A stretch of 64,000 nt of DNA from a virus (taxonomy: Duplodnaviria; Caudoviricetes). Numbering within the stretch: the stretch's first letter is position 1; each line of letters starts with the position of its first letter. The translations under genes were made by a program, and so were the position numbers. This document shows positions 49,211-58,320 of the stretch, piece by piece. The notes beneath the pieces were generated by a model. It was not told the origin of the DNA. It saw only the letters and a program-made list of their open reading frames with translations, and made no database searches. The DNA lies in the IMG/VR virus record IMGVR_UViG_3300033463_006479, positions 96,001-160,000 of that record. The stretch is one strand, 5' to 3'.

Positions 49211-51196
49211 CTATTTCGTTTCCATTTTTCTTCTCAATGACTTTCTCCAGTCCTCACCATATATAAAGTCTGATTTGAGTACGCCGTTTGTGAATGTACG
49301 CCAAGAAATCTTGCAGTCGCCGTTTTTCTTTATCTCGTTTTCAACAAACTCAATAACCTCATCAACATATTGCGGTGGAACATCCCAAGTTTCATCGTTT
49401 TCAGCTTTCACTTGAAGCAGTTTCTCTTTGATTTTAGCCCAAAGTACCAATGAAGGCGGTGCAAATTCAAAGAAAAGGCTTCGGCCTTCAACCGCATCCC
49501 AAGAGTTCTTACCCATAATCTTTGCCAACGCTTCTGGTGTTTCATTTGTAATAATGAGAAAACGGCTCATAACACGCATTTTGTCTGGAAGGTATCTGAC
49601 TTGGGTTTTTAGTTTTTCAATCTCATCCTCCTTTTCCTCTTGCTTTTTGGCTTTCGCTATTGCTTTTCTGTTTGCTGTTTCTGGACATTCCTTTTCATAC
49701 ATCTTGCGGTAATTCACAATGTCGCCAACTGTGCAGTCGGTTATGCCGTAGTAATTTCCACGAGGCCCCTCGCCAGTTGCAGTTCCTCTCGGTGCTTCTA
49801 TCTGTGGGAACACACCAGCATCGACTTCAAGAACGTGTTTCCAGAATGCACGCTGGAATCCAGTATCAAACAAGTTCGGTGTATCATCAAACACAAGCAA
49901 TTTTCCGTTATTGTCATAAACAAAATCGTAAAGCTGCGATGCGTTACAAGTTGAAGTTCCACGCTGTGCATAATCAATGTTGTCTTTCAATCGCATTTCA
50001 TTACGCACATCTTTCCAAGCCTCCGATTTTCCGACACCGCCCTTACCAGATATGAATATGCAAGGTGCGCCAATTTTGTTGTTTTTTAGTTTTTCGCTTT
50101 TTGACGATTTGCAATATTCAACCATTCTTCTGATATTGCGTTTCAAATAATCCATATCGTCAAAATACTTGTCGCACAATTCATAGAATTTTTCCATATT
50201 GCCGCCATACACATATTGAGCAACAGTAACATCAAGACCACGATATATGAGTTTTTCACTCATAGGTGCTGGAGTTTTTACGGTAACACCTTCGTTTGTT
50301 GTAACTTTGACATCAATACCAAATCTTTCACTTGTGCAAATGATTTTCACAATGGCACAATAGGTTTCAACAGATGCGGTTGATGTGCTGCCGCTTCCGT
50401 TTGATAAAATCTCACGATACTTTTGGCCGTTTGCCGTATTGTTACGCAAGTCAAACACGATTTGGATTGGACTGAAATTTGAGTTTAGTTTTTTGAGTTC
50501 GTCAGCAAATTTGAATATGCCTTCACGGGACAGATTCTTGCCGACATTATGCTTCATTTTATTCTCATCGTCAAATATGAAATTCTTTATGACACGATAA
50601 CGCTCTGTAGCTTCAACCATATCATAGGTTCTCAAAATGTCATCGTGTGAAGTAACACCCTCGTTCAATGCGGCATAACCCGTACCAGCATTTCGGCCTT
50701 CATACATACCGCCTTTATATGCGGATGGGTTCTTGATTATGTCAAAGAGAAGTCCGAGCATTTTAACCAAGCCCATATTTTTTGCACTTATCGTATAGTC
50801 AGCCGTTTGATGGTCGCTTTCCAAATCATAATTAAGATAATATCGGATTACCGAATTATCGCCAATGCCGATAGGTGTTACAGTTACAGCAAGACCTTTT
50901 CTGATTCCGCTCAAAATGAGTATTGTACTGATACCGTCAATCACCTTGAAATATGTGTGATAATACGCTTTCCATCCGCAATTCTTGTTAAGCATACTGA
51001 CAACAAGTTCCGCCATTTTTTTCATCTTCTTGTTATCTGAAACGACAATGTTCGGGTTTGTCATAGTTGCGGATGCGTTGAGTTCATCGGCAAGTATTGA
51101 TGTGCCGTTTATAATCTCACTTCCGTTTTGTCTGATTATGCCAGTGGATTCAAGAACTGGTGCTGGCCTATTTGTATAATCTGATAGTTTTTTCAT
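49211..51196 (-). CDS. P-loop AAA ATPase, late gene
   Basis: ISGKGGVGKS, LLVFDD, IITN, AVEGRS; TATAAATA at 51217. Confidence 0.8.
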   Translation of the reverse strand: MKKLSDYTNRPAPVLESTGIIRQNGSEIINGTSILADELNASATMTNPNIVVSDNKKMKKMAELVVSMLNKNCGWKAYYHTYFKVIDGISTILILSGIRKGLAVTVTPIGIGDNSVIRYYLNYDLESDHQTADYTISAKNMGLVKMLGLLFDIIKNPSAYKGGMYEGRNAGTGYAALNEGVTSHDDILRTYDMVEATERYRVIKNFIFDDENKMKHNVGKNLSREGIFKFADELKKLNSNFSPIQIVFDLRNNTANGQKYREILSNGSGSTSTASVETYCAIVKIICTSERFGIDVKVTTNEGVTVKTPAPMSEKLIYRGLDVTVAQYVYGGNMEKFYELCDKYFDDMDYLKRNIRRMVEYCKSSKSEKLKNNKIGAPCIFISGKGGVGKSEAWKDVRNEMRLKDNIDYAQRGTSTCNASQLYDFVYDNNGKLLVFDDTPNLFDTGFQRAFWKHVLEVDAGVFPQIEAPRGTATGEGPRGNYYGITDCTVGDIVNYRKMYEKECPETANRKAIAKAKKQEEKEDEIEKLKTQVRYLPDKMRVMSRFLIITNETPEALAKIMGKNSWDAVEGRSLFFEFAPPSLVLWAKIKEKLLQVKAENDETWDVPPQYVDEVIEFVENEIKKNGDCKISWRTFTNGVLKSDFIYGEDWRKSLRRKMETK

Positions 51197-51234
51197 TTTT
51201 TATAATTTTCCGATATTATTTATATGTATTGGCA

Positions 51235-52008
51235 TTATTTCCGTTTTCCAAATTCAGATATTTGTATGACATCTGTATGACTTAAAGTGGTTTCGCCCTT
51301 TTTAATCATATCTGTACAAATATACCATTTTTTATCCCCTTGATGCCAGTTAAGCATTGCATATTTTATTTCATTGCCGTTTATGTCGTGTGACGGATAT
51401 TTGAAAGGATATTTGCTGTCGCTTGCTATCTCCGAATGAAAGCAGCAGTATTCGTATTTTTTAGGAACATAATCACTTCGTATATATAGCGAAACAGATT
51501 TGCCGAATAATGAAAGGTCATCCAATCGTTCTTCTACATTTTCATAATTCCAAATGTGAGGGTCATCATAACGCCTTGGCTTATTAATCAATAAAGCTGC
51601 TGGCATAAGAGCATTCATATTATTCCTTTTTCCTATGACATATCGGTTTTCCATAAGCAACTGAATAGCATATGGATATATGTTTTTTTCAATATCAACA
51701 AACCATTCGGAATCTGTATGGTATTCCTTTTGCTGGTCAATGTAACATCTGTTGGTTATTGAAGACTTGACAACGCAAAAATAATCAATTTCAAAATTGT
51801 ATGGATACCAAACACTTTGTGTGATTAAAGCAGCAGCAACGGCCTTTATCAAATCGTGCTGCGTTTTTGGATATTGCATATTGCATACGTCATCATACGA
51901 TATGCGTCTTTTGTCCAATATGTTACGAACATTGCCAAGATTTGTTTTTGTGATTGGCCTTATGTCAAGTTTTTCGTTTATGAAATTTGATGCGTTGAGT
52001 ATCTCCAT
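51235..52008 (-). CDS. putative internal virion protein with bipartite tag
   Basis: MEILNASNFINE-KLDIRPITKTNL. Confidence 0.75.
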   Translation of the reverse strand: MEILNASNFINEKLDIRPITKTNLGNVRNILDKRRISYDDVCNMQYPKTQHDLIKAVAAALITQSVWYPYNFEIDYFCVVKSSITNRCYIDQQKEYHTDSEWFVDIEKNIYPYAIQLLMENRYVIGKRNNMNALMPAALLINKPRRYDDPHIWNYENVEERLDDLSLFGKSVSLYIRSDYVPKKYEYCCFHSEIASDSKYPFKYPSHDINGNEIKYAMLNWHQGDKKWYICTDMIKKGETTLSHTDVIQISEFGKRK

Positions 52009-52016
52009 ACAGCATA

Positions 52017-52568
52017 TTATATTGCAAGTTTAACAACAACTTCCTGCGCACGGAATGTGCAGTTAAATGTTTTCATATCTATCATATTGCTTGAGAAGTT
52101 GAAATCCAATCCGTCTATGGCCGTGAACAAAACATTCTTGTATTCTATCGTGAACACCTCATATCCGTTGCCGTCAAAAATTCTGACAAAAGGAACGCCG
52201 TTTATAAACTTGTCTTCGGATGACGAATAATAGTAATAGAACAAATCTAACATAAGAAAATAGTTCACATAGCCGTCATACAACTGCTGTGTTACGGTAA
52301 ATTCTTTTGGCATAAGTCTTTCTGGTGAATATGCAGAACGATAGATTCTTGAATACGGGGTTTTTCTGTCGTATTGTTCAACAACATCAAACTGCACATT
52401 TTGCATATTGAATCCCTGCACCCCGTAATTGACATAATCAATGCAGCGGTCAAAGACGTTGCCTGGGATGCGTTGGAGATAGGGCATATACTTGTCGTTT
52501 ATCTCGTCTGGTATGAGTGTCTTCGCAAAGAAGAACTCAAACATATTGTTTCTTGCTGGAAGTAACAT
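52017..52568 (-). CDS. tail tube-fold structural protein
   Basis: Late promoter; beta-rich C-terminus YKNVLFTAIDGLDFNFSS..KTFNCTF typical of the gp19/gp54 fold. Confidence 0.55.
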   Translation of the reverse strand: MLLPARNNMFEFFFAKTLIPDEINDKYMPYLQRIPGNVFDRCIDYVNYGVQGFNMQNVQFDVVEQYDRKTPYSRIYRSAYSPERLMPKEFTVTQQLYDGYVNYFLMLDLFYYYYSSSEDKFINGVPFVRIFDGNGYEVFTIEYKNVLFTAIDGLDFNFSSNMIDMKTFNCTFRAQEVVVKLAI

Positions 52569-52583
52569 TTGAGTCTTTTTCTT

Positions 52584-52595
52584 TATTTATAAATA
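52584..52595. promoter_or_regulatory. palindromic bidirectional late promoter
   Basis: TATTTATAAATA gives TATAAATA on both strands between divergent genes. Confidence 0.75.
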
Positions 52596-52613
52596 TACGG
52601 AAAAGCAATCCGA

Positions 52614-53672
52614 TTGATGAAGATATTAAGTTCAAAAGATTTCGCAAGTTTACACGAAAAACTCGACATACGTCCAATCACAAAGGATATGCTTTCCGAT
52701 ATGTCAGATGAACGCATATTGAAAGAGAAAATGCACGCAAGGAAAGACACGAAAGAATATGCTGAATTTATCTGGTACACATATGCAAAGATACAGAAAA
52801 GAATAATTGAAGGGAACTATAAAGTTGAGGTATCTGGCAAATTGACATTAAAAGGCGAACTTGGATATACTCACAACCAAGAAAATATATGGATTGTCGA
52901 ATTGCCGTTAATATCAAGCAATGTGTATAAAATAAAAGATTTGACGGATTACGAATGTTCTCCGTATTGGCCGAAACCGCCATATCATATTTGGATAACA
53001 TCAGCAGAAAACGCATATTCCGATGAGGTAAAAAAGGATGTGTGGAAAAAAATCGGAATGGAACTGAAACCAATATATGAACTCGTTGCAGACAAAAATG
53101 GGTTATACAACAAAAAAATAACAGATGCTATAACATTAAAATTCAATAAAGCAAACTGGGGGATAAATGCGCATCAAGAATTGATAGATGGACTTGAAAA
53201 TGCGATAGGTGACGTGAATGTGAAATTGCAATATACAGTCAGAGGTTTGGGTGATAACACAATAGAGCCAATTGTATATATATGTTTGAATAAAAACGAA
53301 AAGGGTATAGATAGGCATAGCAGCAATGTCTTTTGGTTCGATTTAAGTTATGGTAAAATAGAATGCAGAAATATGCCGCATTTGTATCTGTCGCCGTTTG
53401 ACAAAAGCGGAAATAATCCATTTAATCCGAGTTTGAAATATTTGGCTATGCGAAGTTCTGATAATTTGCTGAAAGAATGTGGTATGAAACCTTGGAGAAA
53501 GGTATCTTACAAAACACCGCAAGATGTCATAAACAAAATATCAAGATATGTGAACGACAGCATACGTCTTATGGACATATATTGTGGAACGAATGTCAAA
53601 TTGTTAGGCGGAAAAGATATGATTGGCGTTTTGGACATATCAATCGCTGATGCGAATATGGAAAATATATAA
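52614..53672 (+). CDS. putative internal virion protein with bipartite tag
   Basis: MKILSSKDFASLHE-KLDIRPITKDML. Confidence 0.75.
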   Translation: MMKILSSKDFASLHEKLDIRPITKDMLSDMSDERILKEKMHARKDTKEYAEFIWYTYAKIQKRIIEGNYKVEVSGKLTLKGELGYTHNQENIWIVELPLISSNVYKIKDLTDYECSPYWPKPPYHIWITSAENAYSDEVKKDVWKKIGMELKPIYELVADKNGLYNKKITDAITLKFNKANWGINAHQELIDGLENAIGDVNVKLQYTVRGLGDNTIEPIVYICLNKNEKGIDRHSSNVFWFDLSYGKIECRNMPHLYLSPFDKSGNNPFNPSLKYLAMRSSDNLLKECGMKPWRKVSYKTPQDVINKISRYVNDSIRLMDIYCGTNVKLLGGKDMIGVLDISIADANMENI

Positions 53673-53677
53673 TAAAA

Positions 53678-53911
53678 ATGAGTACGATACTTGCACTTGA
53701 AGAATTTATAGTGGAAAACGACAATGAACTTTTTTTGGAAGTTCTCGAACACTTCAAAAAACAATATCCGAGAAGAAGGATTGAAGTCAAAAGATACGGC
53801 TATGGAAACATAGTGAGCATTGACGGTGAGGACAAATTCAATACGAGCGGTTACAACCTGCTCTATAATATTAAACGTCTGTGCGATTGCCTTGAAGATG
53901 AATTGATTTAA
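53678..53911 (+). CDS. small late protein with CTS-like N-terminus
   Basis: MSTILALEEFIVE. Confidence 0.65.
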   Translation: MSTILALEEFIVENDNELFLEVLEHFKKQYPRRRIEVKRYGYGNIVSIDGEDKFNTSGYNLLYNIKRLCDCLEDELI

Positions 53912-53913
53912 TT

Positions 53914-54426
53914 ATGATGAAGATATTGAAAGCAGCCGATTACATTGGTGAGAAACTCACAATAAAGCCAGTTACAAAAACGAGATTGTCGGATATAAAG
54001 AAAGCCAACAGCGAGCGGCACACATATAGGATAGCCGAATGTGAGGTTATTATGGCTGAAGATAATTATGTCAATGGCGAGGATGAGGGTATATCTTTTC
54101 CATTTGTGATAACTCATATTAAAACAGCAAACAGTTTGGAAAACCTTTTGCGCAACTTCAATGATGATGTTTGCCGTGGTCACGCATTTGATATTGAAGA
54201 TTTTGTTTATGACACAGAAACTGACGGTAGAGTTGATATGTCTGTTACAAGTATGTTGATAACAACAAATTTCAATTTCAAAGAACCTACACAAAATGAT
54301 TGGGAAAGATTCAAAGAAGGCAAAATCAATATGACATCGCTAATATTCCAACTTCTCATAGAGAAAGACGAATTTGTTGATGACATATCAGAAGATTGTG
54401 AAAAAATAGGTATTATAAGTAGGTAG
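53914..54426 (+). CDS. putative internal virion protein with bipartite tag
   Basis: MKILKAADYIGE-KLTIKPVTKTRL. Confidence 0.75.
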   Translation: MMKILKAADYIGEKLTIKPVTKTRLSDIKKANSERHTYRIAECEVIMAEDNYVNGEDEGISFPFVITHIKTANSLENLLRNFNDDVCRGHAFDIEDFVYDTETDGRVDMSVTSMLITTNFNFKEPTQNDWERFKEGKINMTSLIFQLLIEKDEFVDDISEDCEKIGIISR

Positions 54427-54450
54427 TGTTTTATACATTGCAAAAAATAA

Positions 54451-54922
54451 CGGAATTATCCCTTTTAGTCTTGTAACACGCTTTTATAAATATACAAGAA
54501 AAATATAAACTTGAATTATGACACATATTAAAAGAATCAATGAAATGAACCAACAAATTTTTCTAAAAAATTTGGATGATTTCAAAATACATATCACAAG
54601 TGTTGATGTTTATGATAAACATATCAAAACCGACATTAAAAATGGAGATATGATGGATTTTGATACATTTTCTGTAAAATGCAACAATATAGATAAATAT
54701 GGCGGTCATTATAGTGTTGAAATTGACAAAAAGGATGAAAATACTTATGTTGTTGTTTGTATTGATGATGAAGGTAGTGTTTCTTGCGAAATTGCATTTA
54801 CAATTATTTACTTTAATCCAAATTCGGCAGATGACATTTTTACTTGTATGATAAATCGTTCAAATGTTTTACGTTAATCGTATAACAAGAATTGCATTAC
54901 AAGACTAAAAGGGATAATTCCG
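54451..54922 (+). mobile_element. TIR-bounded cargo cassette (IS1595-like, no transposase)
   Basis: Perfect 26-bp inverted repeat CGGAATTATCCCTTTTAGTCTTGTAA; flanks AAAAATAA/AAAAAGAA (7/8 match). Confidence 0.75.
54518..54877 (+). CDS. cassette cargo, late protein with CTS-like N-terminus
   Basis: MTHIKRINE; TATAAATA at 54485 inside the cassette. Confidence 0.7.
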   Translation: MTHIKRINEMNQQIFLKNLDDFKIHITSVDVYDKHIKTDIKNGDMMDFDTFSVKCNNIDKYGGHYSVEIDKKDENTYVVVCIDDEGSVSCEIAFTIIYFNPNSADDIFTCMINRSNVLR

Positions 54923-54985
54923 AAAAAGAATAACCGACCTGGCAAGGAAACAAAATTTCCATTGGTGAGCGTATCACCGAAAAGA

Positions 54986-55012
54986 AAAAGCCTCCGATTT
55001 GGAGGCTTTTTC
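54986..55012. terminator. bidirectional intrinsic terminator
   Basis: aaaaagcctcc-gattt-ggaggcttttt between convergent genes. Confidence 0.8.
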
Positions 55013-55043
55013 AATTAATGGAAAGATTTGAAAAATTCAGAAA

Positions 55044-55232
55044 TTAGTTTTCTTTATTCTCTTGTTTTTCTTCTTCCGCAGCATTCTCATTATTGAAGAA
55101 CTCTGGGGACAGTTTTGTGATGGCGGCATAAACCAAGGATGCGTCCTTTAACGTATATGCACCAGCCTTCTGTCCAATTACGGCTGCTTGGATAAGCACG
55201 TTGATTGCTTCTTTTTCGTTCATATTACTCAA
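55044..55232 (-). CDS. small hypothetical protein
   Basis: AINVLIQAAVIGQKAGAYTLKDA. Confidence 0.7.
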   Translation of the reverse strand: MSNMNEKEAINVLIQAAVIGQKAGAYTLKDASLVYAAITKLSPEFFNNENAAEEEKQENKEN

Positions 55233-55671
55233 TGTTTATTTGTTTATTAATCGTTTTCTGTTCTCGTTTCGGCATAACAACCGTCAGAACGCCATTTTCA
55301 AGATGTGCTCTGATTTTGCTTTCATCAACACAATCGTCAAACGGGATTTTGATTTTTTCGTCTTTTCCCATCTTCAAAAATGTACGGTCAAAGCCTTCAC
55401 CTTTAACGCCAACGCTGACATAGTTTTCTCCGTTGTTTGTACATTCAATAGACATACAAAGTTCGGACTTGTCAACCTCTGGCATAAGAAGTTTCACGAT
55501 GACCGCCTTGTCGTTTTCTTCTCTTTTGCAATTACTCATAGCGCAAAAATGGAAGAAATCCTTGTTGCCATTCTTTTTTTCTGGAAACGTTTTCTTGAAA
55601 GCGGAATCCATTTTTTCAAAATCAACGCCCATTGCGTCAAATAAATTTGTCAAATCTGTAATGTAACTCAT
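55225..55671 (-). CDS. Hsp20/alpha-crystallin small heat-shock protein
   Basis: MPEVDKSEL ... VDESKIRAHLENGVLTVVMPK. Confidence 0.85.
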   Translation of the reverse strand: MSYITDLTNLFDAMGVDFEKMDSAFKKTFPEKKNGNKDFFHFCAMSNCKREENDKAVIVKLLMPEVDKSELCMSIECTNNGENYVSVGVKGEGFDRTFLKMGKDEKIKIPFDDCVDESKIRAHLENGVLTVVMPKREQKTINKQINIE

Positions 55672-55785
55672 AACTTTGCTTTATATTAAATAATAAAAAT
55701 TTTTGTTTTATGAACAAAATATGATTTTTTTGTTTCAGATTAATGAATACAATTTGCGTGCCAAACACGTCTGTCTGACATTTTG

Positions 55786-57132
55786 TCAGTTTTTCAATGA
55801 TTTTTTCAGTGATTTCAAGTCATCAAGGTACATATCGGCAGGAACTCGCTTCTTCATAATTTCAAGTTCCAGTTTCTTGGCATCGTATTCTTTGAGCAAT
55901 TCGGCATAGCGTTCTTTTGTGAGCGAGTATATCGGCATATTTATGAGATAGTCAAATGAATTTGAAACCTTGTCAAACTTTTTGTTTTCAAGCCAATCGC
56001 AAATTTCTTTTTTAGGAACATTGCTGACTTTAAGTTTTTTGTCAATTATTGCCTTTATGAATTTTGCACGATTTCCGAGAATAAGGATTTCCTTCATAAG
56101 CATATCTATAATATGTTTCTTCCGTTTCTCGTACCAAGAAAGTCTGAACTTGCAGAAATACGGTATGATATCCTCGGCTCTTTCAAACTGCAAAAGTCTG
56201 TCATTTTCATCAACCGATATTATGATTTCTGTTTCAGAGCTGTTTACACGCAAAACCGATTCCAGTTTGTTTGTGTCTATAAGTTCTTTCAATGCGGCTC
56301 GTGTGAATTTGAGAACATAATCAACGCCAGACGAACTGTTGTTCTCATAATCAACAATCACTTTTTTGTCAATCAAAGAATCAAGGTATTCTTCATATTT
56401 CTCAAAAGTTATCGCTGGCGGCAAATCGGTTACACGGACAGTTGTCGTATTGACAATTTTATAAATGCCAGATATATTCCACTTGTTAGGGTTGTCATTG
56501 TCACGAACAAATGTGCCGCCAAATTCAGAAAGCCAAGGTTTCAGTTCCTTTACTTTTTTATTGTTGAGAAATGCTATGCAGGCATCAACAACATCCTCTG
56601 GGTTTCTGTTGAGAATATTTGTTGAAAAGCCTACAGCAATTCCAGAACTGCCGTTCAACAATATTGTCGGTATGATTGGAAGAAAGAACAATGGTTCAAT
56701 TTCATAACCTTCTTCCATTCGTTTTTCAAGCAATTCAAAATCCTTATAAAGAAGTCTGAAGTTTTTTGAAAGTTTAGTTCCTATATATCTCGGAGCACCA
56801 GCATCTGGAACACGCAGGCTTCCGTATTGGCCGTGGCCTTCAAGAAGCGGTAGGCTGTTCTTGAATGTCTGTCCCATATTGGTTATGGCATCGTTCATAC
56901 TTTTGTCGCCGTGAGCGTAAAGGGCAAGCGAAGAAACCTCACCGCCAAGCTGATAAACCTTCATTGGTTTCTCATTGCCAGTTTTCCATATTTTGTTGGC
57001 GATGAAAATTATCTTTCGCTGAACTGGTTTTAACCCATCAATGCAACTTGGTATGGCACGGTCTTCAATGACCGACTTTGCAAAAAGAAGTTGGTCAACG
57101 TCAAGAAAGTTGTCTATTGTTCGTGTTCTCAT
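55786..57132 (-). CDS. type II topoisomerase GyrA/ParC-like subunit (T4 gp52-like)
   Basis: RAIPSCIDGLKPVQRKI, YAHGD.S, GAPRYI catalytic Tyr, LLNGSSGIAVGFST. Confidence 0.95.
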   Translation of the reverse strand: MRTRTIDNFLDVDQLLFAKSVIEDRAIPSCIDGLKPVQRKIIFIANKIWKTGNEKPMKVYQLGGEVSSLALYAHGDKSMNDAITNMGQTFKNSLPLLEGHGQYGSLRVPDAGAPRYIGTKLSKNFRLLYKDFELLEKRMEEGYEIEPLFFLPIIPTILLNGSSGIAVGFSTNILNRNPEDVVDACIAFLNNKKVKELKPWLSEFGGTFVRDNDNPNKWNISGIYKIVNTTTVRVTDLPPAITFEKYEEYLDSLIDKKVIVDYENNSSSGVDYVLKFTRAALKELIDTNKLESVLRVNSSETEIIISVDENDRLLQFERAEDIIPYFCKFRLSWYEKRKKHIIDMLMKEILILGNRAKFIKAIIDKKLKVSNVPKKEICDWLENKKFDKVSNSFDYLINMPIYSLTKERYAELLKEYDAKKLELEIMKKRVPADMYLDDLKSLKKSLKN

Positions 57133-57136
57133 CTGA

Positions 57137-57700
57137 TTATGCTGAAAGTCTTTTTGAGAAAATCAAGTTACGTAATTCCATAAGTCGCAAATATTCATCA
57201 ACATCACAACCAAAATGTTCAGACACAAAATCTTCAATTTCTGGAACTTTATAATTTTCAACTTCAGTTGTTGTATATGCTTTCGGAAACAAATCTATTG
57301 TGTTGTGCTCATTAACACTAAATAAACGGTATTGGTCGTAAGACGGATATGCCTCTGTGTTATATACCCGTTCATCAGCAAGAAAGCATACAGCGGTCGG
57401 CAAACCGTTCAAATCTTCCTCATAGAAAGCGCAGTTCGGTACTTTAAGCTGGTCAAGTGCCGACATAGCATCAATCAAATCTATATACACGCCAGCATCA
57501 AGCACAATCATTGTCTTGAAAATGTTAGCCCAGTCATTATAAGCATCACGGTCACAGACATTGTATTTGTGTTCGTCTTTGATTTTTTCGGAATACTCCA
57601 CAACAGCGTGAAGCGATTGTATTCCTTTCTGCATAGGATTCAACTGGCGTAGAACCATTGAATACATACGCTGTTCAAGTTTTTTATCGTTGTCTTGCAT
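57137..57700 (-). CDS. peptidyl-tRNA hydrolase PTH2-like protein
   Basis: RMYSMVLRQL..QKGIQSLHA, KTMIVLD, FYEEDL...TAVCF. Confidence 0.6.
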   Translation of the reverse strand: MQDNDKKLEQRMYSMVLRQLNPMQKGIQSLHAVVEYSEKIKDEHKYNVCDRDAYNDWANIFKTMIVLDAGVYIDLIDAMSALDQLKVPNCAFYEEDLNGLPTAVCFLADERVYNTEAYPSYDQYRLFSVNEHNTIDLFPKAYTTTEVENYKVPEIEDFVSEHFGCDVDEYLRLMELRNLIFSKRLSA

Positions 57701-57718
57701 TAAAAATAAAATTAAAAG

Positions 57719-58294
57719 TTAAACAATTTTTGCGTCCTTAACGTCCTCTTTGGTTGAATTTCTGAATATAGTGTCAAACACGCCGCCATAATAACCAGTT
57801 TTCGCCATAATTCTCAATGCTTCATCAGAGTTCCATTCCCCTATTGAATAATAATCATCAAAACTGATGTCTTTCAAAACAAGTTCGGCGGTAACATCAA
57901 AATAATAGTCGCCTATTTTGTTAAAAGCGTGGTCTATTGGAAAACTTCCGTACAATGTCATATAGCCTTCCACATATTTTATATCTTCCCAGCCATATGT
58001 TTTCCCGTCTATGTTCAATGTGATTTCATCAAACGATTCAAGTATTTGAGCCGTATGCAATGCGTTGGAATAACATTCTTTTTTCTTGAATTTGCCGTTG
58101 CGTTTTAGAATATTTATTGTAGATGCATCAAATAGTTCATATACCGAAGTACACTTAACGTGCTTAACAGATTCAAGTTTCTTATTAAAGTAATCACGCT
58201 GATAGCCAGATGATTGTTCCGCAAAAAAACGAAGCATATCAACTATCGAATTGCTGCTTGATTCCGTTATGAACTCAATATATGATTTAACCAT
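57719..58294 (-). CDS. late protein with T4-like CTS, possible transglutaminase-like fold
   Basis: MVKSYIEFITE; ECYSNA..YVEGY..IDHAFN..YFDVT (C-H-D); TATAAATA at 58347. Confidence 0.65.
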   Translation of the reverse strand: MVKSYIEFITESSSNSIVDMLRFFAEQSSGYQRDYFNKKLESVKHVKCTSVYELFDASTINILKRNGKFKKKECYSNALHTAQILESFDEITLNIDGKTYGWEDIKYVEGYMTLYGSFPIDHAFNKIGDYYFDVTAELVLKDISFDDYYSIGEWNSDEALRIMAKTGYYGGVFDTIFRNSTKEDVKDAKIV

Positions 58295-58320
58295 TTTTCA
58301 AAAATATGTTTCCTTATTTA

